Source: an uncultured delta proteobacterium (GTDB lineage Bacteria > Desulfobacterota > Binatia > Binatales > Binataceae). From it: a stretch of 64,000 bases of DNA. Under the pieces are notes generated by a model, which saw only the letters and a list, made by a program, of their open reading frames with translations, had not been told where the DNA came from and did not search any database. The translations under genes and the position numbers were made by a program. The stretch is from assembly GCA_963814035.1 (NCBI GenBank), contig CAWFBH010000005.1, forward strand, positions 86,019 to 150,018. Direction: 5' to 3'. Below, piece by piece: positions 1-8,807 of this stretch (position 1 is its first letter; each line of letters starts with the position of its first letter).

Positions 1-17
1 GTGATTCGCTGCCCCTC

Positions 18-839
18 ATGCTCCTTTGCGGAGCGATGTTGCTGGTGTCCATCGTGGGTTTCCCAGGCGCAGAAAAGAATGACCTCATCACGATGCTGAA
101 CTATGCGGCTTTCGCGGGAGCCGCCGCGTTACTCATAACGAGGACCGGCATCGCCAGAGTGATCGCGTTCGCTTTGATCATGGGATCGTTCCTCATCGTC
201 CGGCAGTCCGATTTGTCGATGATCTTTTTCGGTGTGTTTCTTCCAACCATCGTGCACGTCTTCATCTTCACCGGCGCGTTCATCGTGCTGGGAGCATTGC
301 GAGGACGAAGCAAATCCGGCGTCCTCTCGGCGGTGGTTTTCGCGGTTTGTGCGGCGAGTCTACTTTCGCTGCCGGCGTGGTCGTTGCATCGAGTATCGAG
401 TTATGTCCGCGGGGCATATGCCCCGTTCGAGCATCTAAACCAAGCGATATTCAGGGTTTTTCATCCGGCGACCGATGCATCGCGCGATCCGATTTTCCAA
501 TCGCCGCAGGGGATCGCGGTGATGCGCTTCATCGCGTTCGCGTACCTGTACCACTACCTGAACTGGTTCTCGAAAACCTCGATCATCAAATGGAATCGGA
601 TCACGATGCCGCGCGCGATCGTCATCTTTGCGACGTGGATGGTTCTGCTGGCGATGTACGCCAACGACAGTCGCACCGGCGTGGTCATCCTGATGGTGCT
701 CAGCTTCGCGCATGGCTTCCTGGAGCTGCCGCTCGATTACCTCACTTTCTTCAACATCTTCAAGGAGATGCGCGCGCTCGCGGGTGAACGCTTTGGCCGA
801 TCTCGCGAATCAACCGAAGTACAAACTGAGTTCGCCTGA
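18..839 (+). CDS. polytopic membrane protein, unknown function (possibly 5'-partial at window edge)
   Basis: 273-aa ORF with repeated hydrophobic helices. The frame is open back to base 3, so the true start may lie upstream of the window. No family recognised. Confidence 0.5.
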   Translation: MLLCGAMLLVSIVGFPGAEKNDLITMLNYAAFAGAAALLITRTGIARVIAFALIMGSFLIVRQSDLSMIFFGVFLPTIVHVFIFTGAFIVLGALRGRSKSGVLSAVVFAVCAASLLSLPAWSLHRVSSYVRGAYAPFEHLNQAIFRVFHPATDASRDPIFQSPQGIAVMRFIAFAYLYHYLNWFSKTSIIKWNRITMPRAIVIFATWMVLLAMYANDSRTGVVILMVLSFAHGFLELPLDYLTFFNIFKEMRALAGERFGRSRESTEVQTEFA

Positions 840-846
840 GGCGATC

Positions 847-2130
847 TTACGATGAACTCGTGACGGCGGCAGGGGTGCCGTCGATTTCCGAGATTGCTTG
901 CAGGAATTTCCCTGACTTGGTCCGCGCGAATTCGGAAACCCGCTCGAAGATTACCGTCGCAGGAGTGCCCAAAATGGTTTCGAACTCCGCCCGTATCGCC
1001 TCCTGAGCGACGTTCTCGATTTCGTGATCGGCGAGGTAGCGGACGCGAAAAATCTCGGGCGCCATCTGGGCGATTTGGTACTGCTTGATTTTTATGCCTT
1101 CCGCGAGCCGCAGCGAATCGACCAGCACATAGGGGAAATACAGCCGCCCATCCGCATGTCGAAAGAGACTGCGCTTGCGGCCCACCACACCGCCGAGCAG
1201 CGGCAGCGTTCGACCGCATCGGCAAGTCCCTTCGGCCGCGAGCGCATAGTCGGTCAGATCGTATCGAACCAGCGGCATCAGAAAATTTTCCAGCGTCGTG
1301 ATGATGACCCGCCCCATCTCGCCCGGCGCGACCTGACGCCCATCCTCATCGACCAACTCGACGAAGACATGCTCGGCATTGATATGATAGCTGCCCTCTG
1401 GGCATTGCCATGCGATGAAACCCTCGGTGGTGCCGTAGTTGTCCGCGATTTCCACCCCGAGTATGCGCCGGGTCCGCTCGCGGAGGGCTTCGTCGACCGT
1501 CTCCGCAATGGTGAAGATTCGTCGGATCGAGCGCAGCTTGCGGTTGGTCTCCTCGAGGACTTGTAGCATCCCGTCGATGTTTGAAGGGTAGGTATAGAGG
1601 TAGAGCGGATCGAACTCGATGACGCGCTCGACTTGCGCGGCGAGGTCATTGCTCACGCCCATGAAGCCCGGCAGGAAGCGATGGCGCACCCAATCGGAAT
1701 CCTCAGGATGCACCACCTGATGGAACATCGTGCGCCGCATCGGGTTCCATCCATGCGCGCGCAGATAGCGCATCCGCGCCGCATAACGGCCGCGCACCCG
1801 GGAACGGTCGAAAAGGAACTCGGCCTCGATAGCAGTCGAACCCGACGATGCGCCCCACAGAAACTGGTGACCTGCCGGATACATCGATCGCACCGAGGCA
1901 TTGAGTGCCGCGATGTCGGTGCGCTCGAGAATTGGCAACCGCGTGAAGTCCCGGAGCTTCGCAGTTGCACCGAAGTGAGCCGTATAGAAGGGGATCTTCG
2001 CGGCCGCCTTCAAGGTGCGGTCGAGTTGACGCCTGGTGTAGGCGCGAAGCTGTTCCGCCGACCAGTATTGCGATCGCAACAAAGAGGCGTAGCGCGGAAG
2101 CGCATCGAGAGCCTTGCCGACAGCGGACAT
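847..2130 (-). CDS. phenylacetate-CoA ligase-like adenylate-forming enzyme (PaaK/CapK/coenzyme F390 synthetase family)
   Basis: 427 aa with GASSGSTAIEAEF and NYGTTEG motifs and a C-terminal KSGKF. GGAG-type RBS upstream. Starts 7 nt after the stop of its paralog. Confidence 0.8.
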   Translation of the reverse strand: MSAVGKALDALPRYASLLRSQYWSAEQLRAYTRRQLDRTLKAAAKIPFYTAHFGATAKLRDFTRLPILERTDIAALNASVRSMYPAGHQFLWGASSGSTAIEAEFLFDRSRVRGRYAARMRYLRAHGWNPMRRTMFHQVVHPEDSDWVRHRFLPGFMGVSNDLAAQVERVIEFDPLYLYTYPSNIDGMLQVLEETNRKLRSIRRIFTIAETVDEALRERTRRILGVEIADNYGTTEGFIAWQCPEGSYHINAEHVFVELVDEDGRQVAPGEMGRVIITTLENFLMPLVRYDLTDYALAAEGTCRCGRTLPLLGGVVGRKRSLFRHADGRLYFPYVLVDSLRLAEGIKIKQYQIAQMAPEIFRVRYLADHEIENVAQEAIRAEFETILGTPATVIFERVSEFARTKSGKFLQAISEIDGTPAAVTSSS

Positions 2131-2137
2131 GTTGGCG

Positions 2138-3409
2138 TCACTCCTGCAATTCCGACAGCGCGGTCATGTATTTTCCGCCCCCGGTGCGAGGGATTTCGCG
2201 CACTTTCTGAAAGTCTAAAGATATCGCGTCGCCGAGGACCTTTCGAAAACGCAACCGAATCGTTTCTTCCGCTTCGGGTGTCAGGGCGGCATCCGCTATG
2301 TAGCGCAATGTGAAGCGGCTAAGCGAGTTCTGCACGATTTGGAATTGCCGCACCTCCTCGCGAGTTCTGACCGCGCTGGAAAGATGCCATGGCGAGATCA
2401 GTTCGCCCTCGCCGCGGCGAAAAAGATTCATTCCGCGGCCAACGATCTTGCCGATGAGTGGCAGAGTGCGGCCGCATTCGCATCGACCTTCCGCGGCTAT
2501 CGCATAGTCGCCGATCTCATAGCGCACCAGCGGCGCCAATCGATTTTCGAGGGTGGTGACGACGACTTTACCAATCTGCCCCGGCGCAACCGCGCAGCCG
2601 ACCTCGTCGACGATCTCGATCAGTACGTGCTCCGCGTTGATGTGACGATTTCCCGCTGGGCATTCCCACGCCATGAACGCTTCGGTCGATCCGTAATTCT
2701 CCGCGATCTCGACCCCCAGTTCGGTCTTTGCGCGTTGGCGTAGCGAGTCTTCCAGCACTTCCGCCCCGGTGAAAATTTTCTTGAGCGACGGCATGCGAAA
2801 GCCGCCATCGGCGAGCCGGTTGAGCAGGATTTCCAGATAGGAAGGAAAAGTGTAGAGGAAAGCCGGATCCAGCTTCGAGAGCTCCTGAGCCTTACCGTCG
2901 AGTTCGGGTGACGCCGCAATGAAATGATTAGCCATGCGGATCCGGCTGCGCATCAACCGCTCATCCTCGTTGCGCTCGGTCCGAAACACGAAGTAAAGCA
3001 GCCATGCGGTTCGTTTTAAGGGATTCCAGCCGTGTGCGCGCAGGTACCTCATCCGTCCCGCAAGGCGACCCATCTGATGGCGATCATCGAAGAAAAACTC
3101 GGTCGGCATCCCGGTCGATCCCGAGGAAGAATGGGAAGAGAAATCCCCGCCATTCGGATGGGCCGTCAGCATCGATCGGTTCAGTTCGCCGATTTCGCAT
3201 CGACGCATCGTCGGCAGCTTCGACAGGTCGTTGGCCGCAGGGGAACCACCCCATCGCGCCGCATAGAATGGGATCTGCGCCGCCGCTCGCAAGGTCTCAT
3301 CGAGCGCGCCCCTGGTGTAGAAGCGAAGTTCCTCGGCGCTCCAGTACTGAGAGCGGAGGAGGGCGCGGTATCGATTCGTCGCGCGCAGAATGGTCGAAAA
3401 ATTTGACAT
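2138..3409 (-). CDS. phenylacetate-CoA ligase-like adenylate-forming enzyme, paralog of 847..2130
   Basis: 423 aa, colinear with its neighbour (SSSGSTGMPTEFFF, NYGSTEA, GGGKY). Shared N-terminal LLRSQYWSAEELR signature. Confidence 0.8.
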   Translation of the reverse strand: MSNFSTILRATNRYRALLRSQYWSAEELRFYTRGALDETLRAAAQIPFYAARWGGSPAANDLSKLPTMRRCEIGELNRSMLTAHPNGGDFSSHSSSGSTGMPTEFFFDDRHQMGRLAGRMRYLRAHGWNPLKRTAWLLYFVFRTERNEDERLMRSRIRMANHFIAASPELDGKAQELSKLDPAFLYTFPSYLEILLNRLADGGFRMPSLKKIFTGAEVLEDSLRQRAKTELGVEIAENYGSTEAFMAWECPAGNRHINAEHVLIEIVDEVGCAVAPGQIGKVVVTTLENRLAPLVRYEIGDYAIAAEGRCECGRTLPLIGKIVGRGMNLFRRGEGELISPWHLSSAVRTREEVRQFQIVQNSLSRFTLRYIADAALTPEAEETIRLRFRKVLGDAISLDFQKVREIPRTGGGKYMTALSELQE

Positions 3410-3553
3410 TACACCTCAAGCCGAATGCTCCGAATTATCAGAAATCGGACCGCCAGACGACCAAGCTATCGCCGCCTTCAGATTGGAAATTGCACGTAGC
3501 CAGACTCCGTGATACTAATCGGTCAAGCTGAACCATTGTTCACGAGGCGTCTT

Positions 3554-4114
3554 ATGAAAACCGGTGTTCATCACCTGGGGCTCGCGACTCTCGACCTCGA
3601 TCGCACGGTCGACTTCTGGACCAAGAAACTGGACTGCAAGGTTGCCTGGGCCAACGTCATCGAGCCTCCTGAGGGCGGCAAAATCGAGCACGTTTTTATG
3701 GATACCGGCGACGGCACGCTGGTCGCCTTCATGTGCCCGAAGAACGTCCCCGGCATTCCCACCGAATGGGCGACCGACATCAACAGCGCGCAGAATCTCC
3801 CGGGTGCGTTTTATCATTTCGCGTTTCACTGCGACGACGCGACTCAACTGGAAGCCAAGCGTGCATTGCTGGTCGAGCGCGGCGTCGATGTGACTCCGGT
3901 GGTCGACCATGAGTGGTGCCGCTCGATTTACTTCCGCGATCCCAACGGGCTGTTGCTCGAGTATTGCGCCACCTCGCGCGAATTCACCGAGGAAGACAAG
4001 CAGATGAAGCATCACGACCAGCCCGGCGTGGTGGTGAAGGATCCCGCGGATAGCAAAAAAGTTTTCAAAATGCTGATGGGCCCGGCGCCCAAAGCGAAAA
4101 ACGTTCCGGTCTGA
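3554..4114 (+). CDS. VOC (glyoxalase/bleomycin-resistance/dioxygenase) family protein
   Basis: MKTGVHHLGLATLDLDRTVDFW is a typical VOC N-terminus, with a second beta-alpha-beta module (YHFAFHC). ATG at 3554 chosen inside ORF 3509..4114. Confidence 0.75.
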   Translation: MKTGVHHLGLATLDLDRTVDFWTKKLDCKVAWANVIEPPEGGKIEHVFMDTGDGTLVAFMCPKNVPGIPTEWATDINSAQNLPGAFYHFAFHCDDATQLEAKRALLVERGVDVTPVVDHEWCRSIYFRDPNGLLLEYCATSREFTEEDKQMKHHDQPGVVVKDPADSKKVFKMLMGPAPKAKNVPV

Positions 4115-4141
4115 TTGAGGCGACGTTTCCTCCTCGCCTTG

Positions 4142-4178
4142 GGGCGGTGGGTCCTGCGACCTGCCGCCCTTTTATTTT
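4142..4178 (+). terminator. candidate Rho-independent terminator after the VOC gene
   Basis: GGGCGGTGGGTC-CTGC-GACCTGCCGCCC (12-bp stem with a 2-nt internal mismatch) followed by TTTTATTTT. Confidence 0.6.
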
Positions 4179-4235
4179 CCCGCGCCTGATCTGATATTCA
4201 TTCGATTCCACAATTAACTAGCGAGGTACCGACCG

Positions 4236-4919
4236 ATGGCGGAAATGAGTCTCTTCGATGCGATGTATTCGGCGCGCGCGCTGCGCCGCTACAAGTCCGA
4301 TCCGATCCCCGACGATGTCATGACCAAAATCCTCGACGCCGCCATCCGGGCGCCGTCGGGCAGCAACCAGCAGAACTGGGTTTTCATGGTGGTGAAGGAC
4401 GCCGCGAAGAAAAAGAAAATCAGCGACATCTACGCGCGCGGCGCGCAGATTCTATCGACGGTCTACGCGAATCGTCCGCGTCCGCCTCACATGAGCGAAA
4501 AGGATTTCCAGCTTCTCTTTAACTCCGCCAACTATCTCTTCGAGCATATGCACGAGGCGCCGGTGCTGCTCTTCGCATGTCTGCGGGCTGACACCGGCGG
4601 ACCCATTCCAAACCTGCCACCCGAAGTTGCCGCAGCGGCGGGCAAGATGGCTCGCATTGGCGGTTCGAGCATCTACCCTGCAGTGCAGAACATCATCCTG
4701 GCGTGCCGCGCCTTCGGCATCGGCACCGTGCTGACGACCTTGCACGTTTTCTTCGAAGATGAAGTAAAGGAGATCCTCGGACTGCCCAGGGAGATCCAGA
4801 CCTACGCGTTGCTGCCGATGGGATATCCGATCAACAAATTCGGCCCGCTGAAGCGCCGCCCCGTGAGCGAGGTCGCATTCCTCGATACCTACGGCAACAA
4901 CTGGAAAGGCCAAGCCTAG
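4236..4919 (+). CDS. nitroreductase family protein
   Basis: 227 aa. N-terminal RALRRYKSDPIPDDVMTKILDAAIRAPSGSNQQNWVF is the canonical FMN nitroreductase signature. Confidence 0.85.
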   Translation: MAEMSLFDAMYSARALRRYKSDPIPDDVMTKILDAAIRAPSGSNQQNWVFMVVKDAAKKKKISDIYARGAQILSTVYANRPRPPHMSEKDFQLLFNSANYLFEHMHEAPVLLFACLRADTGGPIPNLPPEVAAAAGKMARIGGSSIYPAVQNIILACRAFGIGTVLTTLHVFFEDEVKEILGLPREIQTYALLPMGYPINKFGPLKRRPVSEVAFLDTYGNNWKGQA

Positions 4920-4930
4920 TCGAGCTTTTT

Positions 4931-5040
4931 CTTTCTGGTCCCCCTTCCCCTACGAAGGTGTCCTCTTCCTTACACCCCTCTCCATTTTATGGAGAGGGCA
5001 CGGCGTCCGCGCCGGGGTGAGGCAGGGGAAGGGGTTAGGT
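4931..5040 (+). repeat. hairpin repeat family, copy A (composite: CCCCTTCCCC...GGGGAAGGGG outer stem with a nested CCCTCTCCA/TGGAGAGGG hairpin)
   Basis: Shares CTTTCTGGTCCCCCTTCC and GGGGAAGGGGTTAGGT ends with copies at 9552, 29296 and 35681. The stop codon of the 5035..5502 gene lies in the TTAGGT end. Confidence 0.7.
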
Positions 5041-5502
5041 TTCTGTCTCCAGCGCGCGCCGCACATCCTCCGCGCGCTGTTTCACGAGGTCGTGATCCTT
5101 CATCAACTGCTCCAGTTGCTCATGCGTATGTGACTGACTCAGGCGATACTGGTCGGCGTCGCGCACGAAGTTTTCATACGCCTCGACCAGCTGATTGAAC
5201 GCCTGCGCGGATGCGTCCGAGCCGCTGCGCTTGCCGGTCATCTGCTGGAACGCGCGCGCCTTTTTGAGGCCGTAGTAAAATTCGCCCATCTCCTCCGATG
5301 AGAGGGGATGGCGCTCCACAATAAAATCCGCGCGGCAATAATCCGCGAGCTTATCCGACAGACTCGACACCAGCGCGACCGAGGCGAGCGTTTCGCGCCG
5401 ATAGTTCGAGGAGTAGCAGGACGCCAGCAGCATCGCGCAGACGAGCATTACAAAATAAACGGGCCGGCGATGCGCGCCGGCCCGCTGCCAATTGCTGTTC
5501 AA
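5035..5502 (-). CDS. hypothetical lipoprotein
   Basis: 155 aa. Signal peptide with lipobox (VMLVCAMLLASC), helical mature part, no family recognised. Confidence 0.6.
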   Translation of the reverse strand: MNSNWQRAGAHRRPVYFVMLVCAMLLASCYSSNYRRETLASVALVSSLSDKLADYCRADFIVERHPLSSEEMGEFYYGLKKARAFQQMTGKRSGSDASAQAFNQLVEAYENFVRDADQYRLSQSHTHEQLEQLMKDHDLVKQRAEDVRRALETET

Positions 5503-5514
5503 GTTATGGATTGC

Positions 5515-6240
5515 TCAGCCCAGATGGGTCTTGAAAAACGCGATGGTTTTCGCCCACGCCTCTTTCGCATGAGTGGGATGATGCGAGGGGCGATCGTCGC
5601 ACATGAAGCCGTGGTCCGCGTCAGCGTAGAGCACGATCTCGGCGTGTTTTCCCGCCGCCTTTAGGGCATCGCGGAACTTGTCGACCTCGGTAATCGGAAT
5701 GAAGGCATCCTTACCGCCGAAGAACGCGAGCACTGGCGCTTTGAGGCCTTCGACATATGCGATTGGCGGCTTCGCGCTGGGATCTCGCGAGGTCACCATC
5801 CCGCCGCCGTAAAACGGCGCGGTCGCTTTCACGCGCTGATCGCGACATGCGGTCAAGAACGCGACGCGTCCACCCATGCAGAAGCCGGTGGTGCCGAAGT
5901 TCGGCTTCACTTCTTTGAGCGCTTTCAAATGATCGATGGTCGCGCCCATGTCCGCGACGACCTGGTCATCCTTCAACGAGCCCATCAGGCGAAACGCGCC
6001 CGGCAGATCGTTGTAGCCGACGACATTGTTGTCCGAGCGAAAATAGAGGTTGGGCGCGATCGCGACGAAACCCTCTTCCGCGAATCGATCGGTGATGCTC
6101 TTGATGTGCGTGTTGAGCCCGAACGCTTCCATCACGACCACCAGCGCCGGGTAGGGTCCACCGGTAGCAGGCCGCGCCAGATGGGCTGGCATGCTTTCGC
6201 TTCCGGTGCGAACGGTTACCTGTTGTGAGATTACTTCCAT
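5515..6240 (-). CDS. dienelactone hydrolase family protein
   Basis: Motifs PALVVVMEAFGLNTHIKSITDRFAEEGFVAIAPNLY, nucleophile elbow GFCMGG and C-terminal DHGF. ATG at 6240 is preceded by AGGAGGTG, so it is preferred over GTG at 6270. Confidence 0.85.
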   Translation of the reverse strand: MEVISQQVTVRTGSESMPAHLARPATGGPYPALVVVMEAFGLNTHIKSITDRFAEEGFVAIAPNLYFRSDNNVVGYNDLPGAFRLMGSLKDDQVVADMGATIDHLKALKEVKPNFGTTGFCMGGRVAFLTACRDQRVKATAPFYGGGMVTSRDPSAKPPIAYVEGLKAPVLAFFGGKDAFIPITEVDKFRDALKAAGKHAEIVLYADADHGFMCDDRPSHHPTHAKEAWAKTIAFFKTHLG

Positions 6241-6296
6241 TCGGATCCACCTCCTGCGAGCGATGCTCACGCCGAATGTTGCGAGTCAGGCGAATT

Positions 6297-6375
6297 TCTC
6301 GCACGAAACCCGCGTGCGCTCAAGTGCGATCGCATCGGCTCGACACTCGCACTCTCGCACGAAGTACCCGTGCGC
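6297..6375. promoter_or_regulatory. two direct copies of a 23-bp hairpin-forming motif in a divergent intergenic region
   Basis: TCTCGCACGAAACCCGCGTGCGC (6297..6319) and TCTCGCACGAAGTACCCGTGCGC (6353..6375). Each contains GCACG-N7-CGTGC. Confidence 0.35.
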
Positions 6376-6459
6376 CGCTAACATAGCGAACCATCTCTTT
6401 TGCGATGCGATCGTCGCGGCGAGCTTGACCTCACAACCTGCGAAATTTGCGAAGTCTGA

Positions 6460-7167
6460 ATGATTCCTTTCCGCGACAACCAGGCCAGCCGCCGCCTAAC
6501 CCTCATCAACGTGATGCTGATCGTGGCGAACATCGCGGTCTTCATTTATGAAGCCTCGCTCGGCGTGGGCATCGAAAACTTCATCTACCAGTACGCGATG
6601 ATCCCAGCGCATCTCACTTCGGCCCTGGAAGGCACGCGCGAACTGGTTCGCGTTCCGTACGGCATCGGCACGCCGCCCGTGCTGGAAACGATCGTCACCT
6701 CGATGTTTCTACACGGCGGCATTCTGCATCTGGCGGGCAACATGCTCTATCTCTTCATCTTCGGCGCGGCGGTCGAAGAAGCGATGGGGCATGTTCGATA
6801 CATGCTCTTCTACCTCATCTGCGGGATCGCCTCGGCGCTGGCGATGGCTGCCTTTACCCCGCATTCGACGGTGCCGGTGATCGGCGCGAGCGGCGCGATC
6901 GCCGGCATCCTTGGCGCATATTTCGTGCTCTATCCGCGTGCGAAAATCTCGACGATTTTGCCGATTTTCATCCTGATGTACTTCGTCGAGATTCCCGCCA
7001 TCGTGTACCTCCTCATCTGGTTTGTGGCGCAGCTTTATGCGGGCCTTTCGCAGAATCCAGAGGTCGCAGGAGGGGTCGCCTGGTGGGCCCACGTAGGAGG
7101 CTTTCTGGTCGGAATGTTGCTCGGTCCGCTGCTCGCAAATAAGGCATCGGGAAGGCGTCGCCGATGA
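6460..7167 (+). CDS. rhomboid family intramembrane serine protease
   Basis: 235 aa, 6-7 TM. HGGILHLAGNMLYLFIFG, catalytic GASGAIAGILGAYF and downstream AHVGGF. Confidence 0.9.
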   Translation: MIPFRDNQASRRLTLINVMLIVANIAVFIYEASLGVGIENFIYQYAMIPAHLTSALEGTRELVRVPYGIGTPPVLETIVTSMFLHGGILHLAGNMLYLFIFGAAVEEAMGHVRYMLFYLICGIASALAMAAFTPHSTVPVIGASGAIAGILGAYFVLYPRAKISTILPIFILMYFVEIPAIVYLLIWFVAQLYAGLSQNPEVAGGVAWWAHVGGFLVGMLLGPLLANKASGRRRR

Positions 7168-7201
7168 GGGCTAAAAGTTAGTAACAGGATGGCCTTTGGA
7201 G

Positions 7202-7210
7202 TGTGGATAA
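7202..7210. promoter_or_regulatory. perfect DnaA-box 9-mer (TGTGGATAA = complement of TTATCCACA)
   Basis: Exact match to the E. coli-type consensus, in an AT-rich stretch about 200 bp upstream of dnaB. Confidence 0.4.
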
Positions 7211-7278
7211 TTATATCGCGATTTGAAAAAGCCTCCATAAATCAAAGATTATTCGGCCGCAGTGTCTCGATCTGAACC

Positions 7279-7287
7279 TGTGGATAG
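7279..7287. promoter_or_regulatory. near-consensus DnaA box (TGTGGATAG, 8/9)
   Basis: Same orientation, 77 bp from the perfect box. Confidence 0.3.
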
Positions 7288-7402
7288 ATTGGGGACAACC
7301 ATCCAAAATCGATGTCTCCGTGGGCTTTCTCGCATGGGCACAACTGTCGGTGACTTGTCTGGTAGAATAGCCTCCGAAATGGAATACTCCGGCGCGTGAG
7401 TT

Positions 7403-8803
7403 GTGGAGTTGGAGGATGTGGTGGCCGCACAGACCGATGACGTCCTGAGACGAGTTCCCCCGCAGAATATCGAAGCCGAGCAGTCGGTGCTTGGCGCGAT
7501 TTTGCTCGAGAACGACGCGATCAACCTCGCGCTCGAAATTCTCGGCCCGGAGGAATTCTATCGCGAAACTCATCGCGAGATTTTCCGCGCGATGATGGAG
7601 CTGTCCGACCACAATCAGCCCGTCGACGCCATCACGCTGACCGACGCGCTGCGTACCAGGGGTGTCCTTGAGCAGATCGGCGGACCGAGCTACATCGCGG
7701 AACTGGCCGATTCGGTCCCGACCTCGGCCAACGTCGCGCACTATGCGCGCATCGTTCGCGAAAAGGCCGTGCTGCGCAGCCTCGCGACGATCGCGACCGA
7801 TATCGCCTCGAGCGCCTACGAAGCGAATGCCGACGTCGACGAGTTCCTCGATACCGCAGAGCATCGCATCTTCGAGATTTCCGAGCGCCGCATCAAGCCG
7901 TCCTTCCACACGATGCCGGAGCTGACGCGCGAATCCTTGCGCATCCTGGAACGGCTCTATGAGAATCGCGAGCTCGTCACCGGCGTTCCGACCGGCTTCA
8001 AGGATCTCGATACGCTCACTGCGGGTCTTCAGCCGTCGGATCTGATCGTCCTCGCGGCGCGGCCCAGTATGGGAAAAACCGCGCTGGCGTTGAACATCGC
8101 GGCGTATGCCGCGATGGATGCGGAACCCAAGCGCGGGGTCGCATTCTTCTCGCTCGAAATGTCGAAGGAGCAGCTCGTCCTGCGCATGCTCTGCTCAGAG
8201 GCCCGGGTCGATAGCGCGAAGGCCCGCGCCGGCTATCTGAGCGAGCGCGATTTTCCCAAGCTCGCTCAAGCGGCCGCGCGGCTTTCGGATGCGAATATCT
8301 TCATCGATGATTCGTCCGACACGACCGCCATCACACTGAAAGCCAAATGCCGCCGTCTCGCGAAAGATAAGAACAATAACCTCGGCTTGGTGCTGGTGGA
8401 TTACCTGCAACTGATGCGCTCGGCGCGGCCGGGCGAATCCCGTGAAAAAGAAATCGCGGAAATCTCGCGATCGCTGAAGGCGCTCGCCAAGGAATTAAAG
8501 GTTCCCGTCATCGCGCTGTCGCAGCTCAATCGGCAAGTCGAGACGCGGCCCGATCGGCGCCCGCTGCTGGCGGATCTTCGCGAGTCGGGCGCCATCGAGC
8601 AGGACGCCGACGTGATCGCGTTCATCTATCGCGAGGAAATGTACAAGGGCAAGGACAGCAAGGAAGCGGGCGTCGCGGAGATCATCGTCGCCAAGCAACG
8701 TAACGGCCCGACCGACACCGTGAAGCTCACGTATCTGAGCCAGTACACTCGCTTCGAGAATTACGCGCCCGCCGATTCCGCCTATGGCGACATGGACGGC
8801 TGA
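7403..8803 (+). CDS. dnaB: replicative DNA helicase DnaB
   Basis: 466 aa. PPQNIEAEQSVLGAILL N-terminal domain, Walker A ARPSMGKTA, LVLVDYLQL, SQLNR and the KQRNGPT arginine-finger region. No intein. Confidence 0.95.
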   Translation: MELEDVVAAQTDDVLRRVPPQNIEAEQSVLGAILLENDAINLALEILGPEEFYRETHREIFRAMMELSDHNQPVDAITLTDALRTRGVLEQIGGPSYIAELADSVPTSANVAHYARIVREKAVLRSLATIATDIASSAYEANADVDEFLDTAEHRIFEISERRIKPSFHTMPELTRESLRILERLYENRELVTGVPTGFKDLDTLTAGLQPSDLIVLAARPSMGKTALALNIAAYAAMDAEPKRGVAFFSLEMSKEQLVLRMLCSEARVDSAKARAGYLSERDFPKLAQAAARLSDANIFIDDSSDTTAITLKAKCRRLAKDKNNNLGLVLVDYLQLMRSARPGESREKEIAEISRSLKALAKELKVPVIALSQLNRQVETRPDRRPLLADLRESGAIEQDADVIAFIYREEMYKGKDSKEAGVAEIIVAKQRNGPTDTVKLTYLSQYTRFENYAPADSAYGDMDG

Positions 8804-8807
8804 CGTT

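Noticed and set aside
7168-7402. Calling the dnaB upstream spacer the chromosomal origin (oriC).
   Set aside because: There are only two DnaA boxes, no dnaA/dnaN context, and no repeated AT-rich 13-mers. It is kept only as a low-interest regulatory observation.
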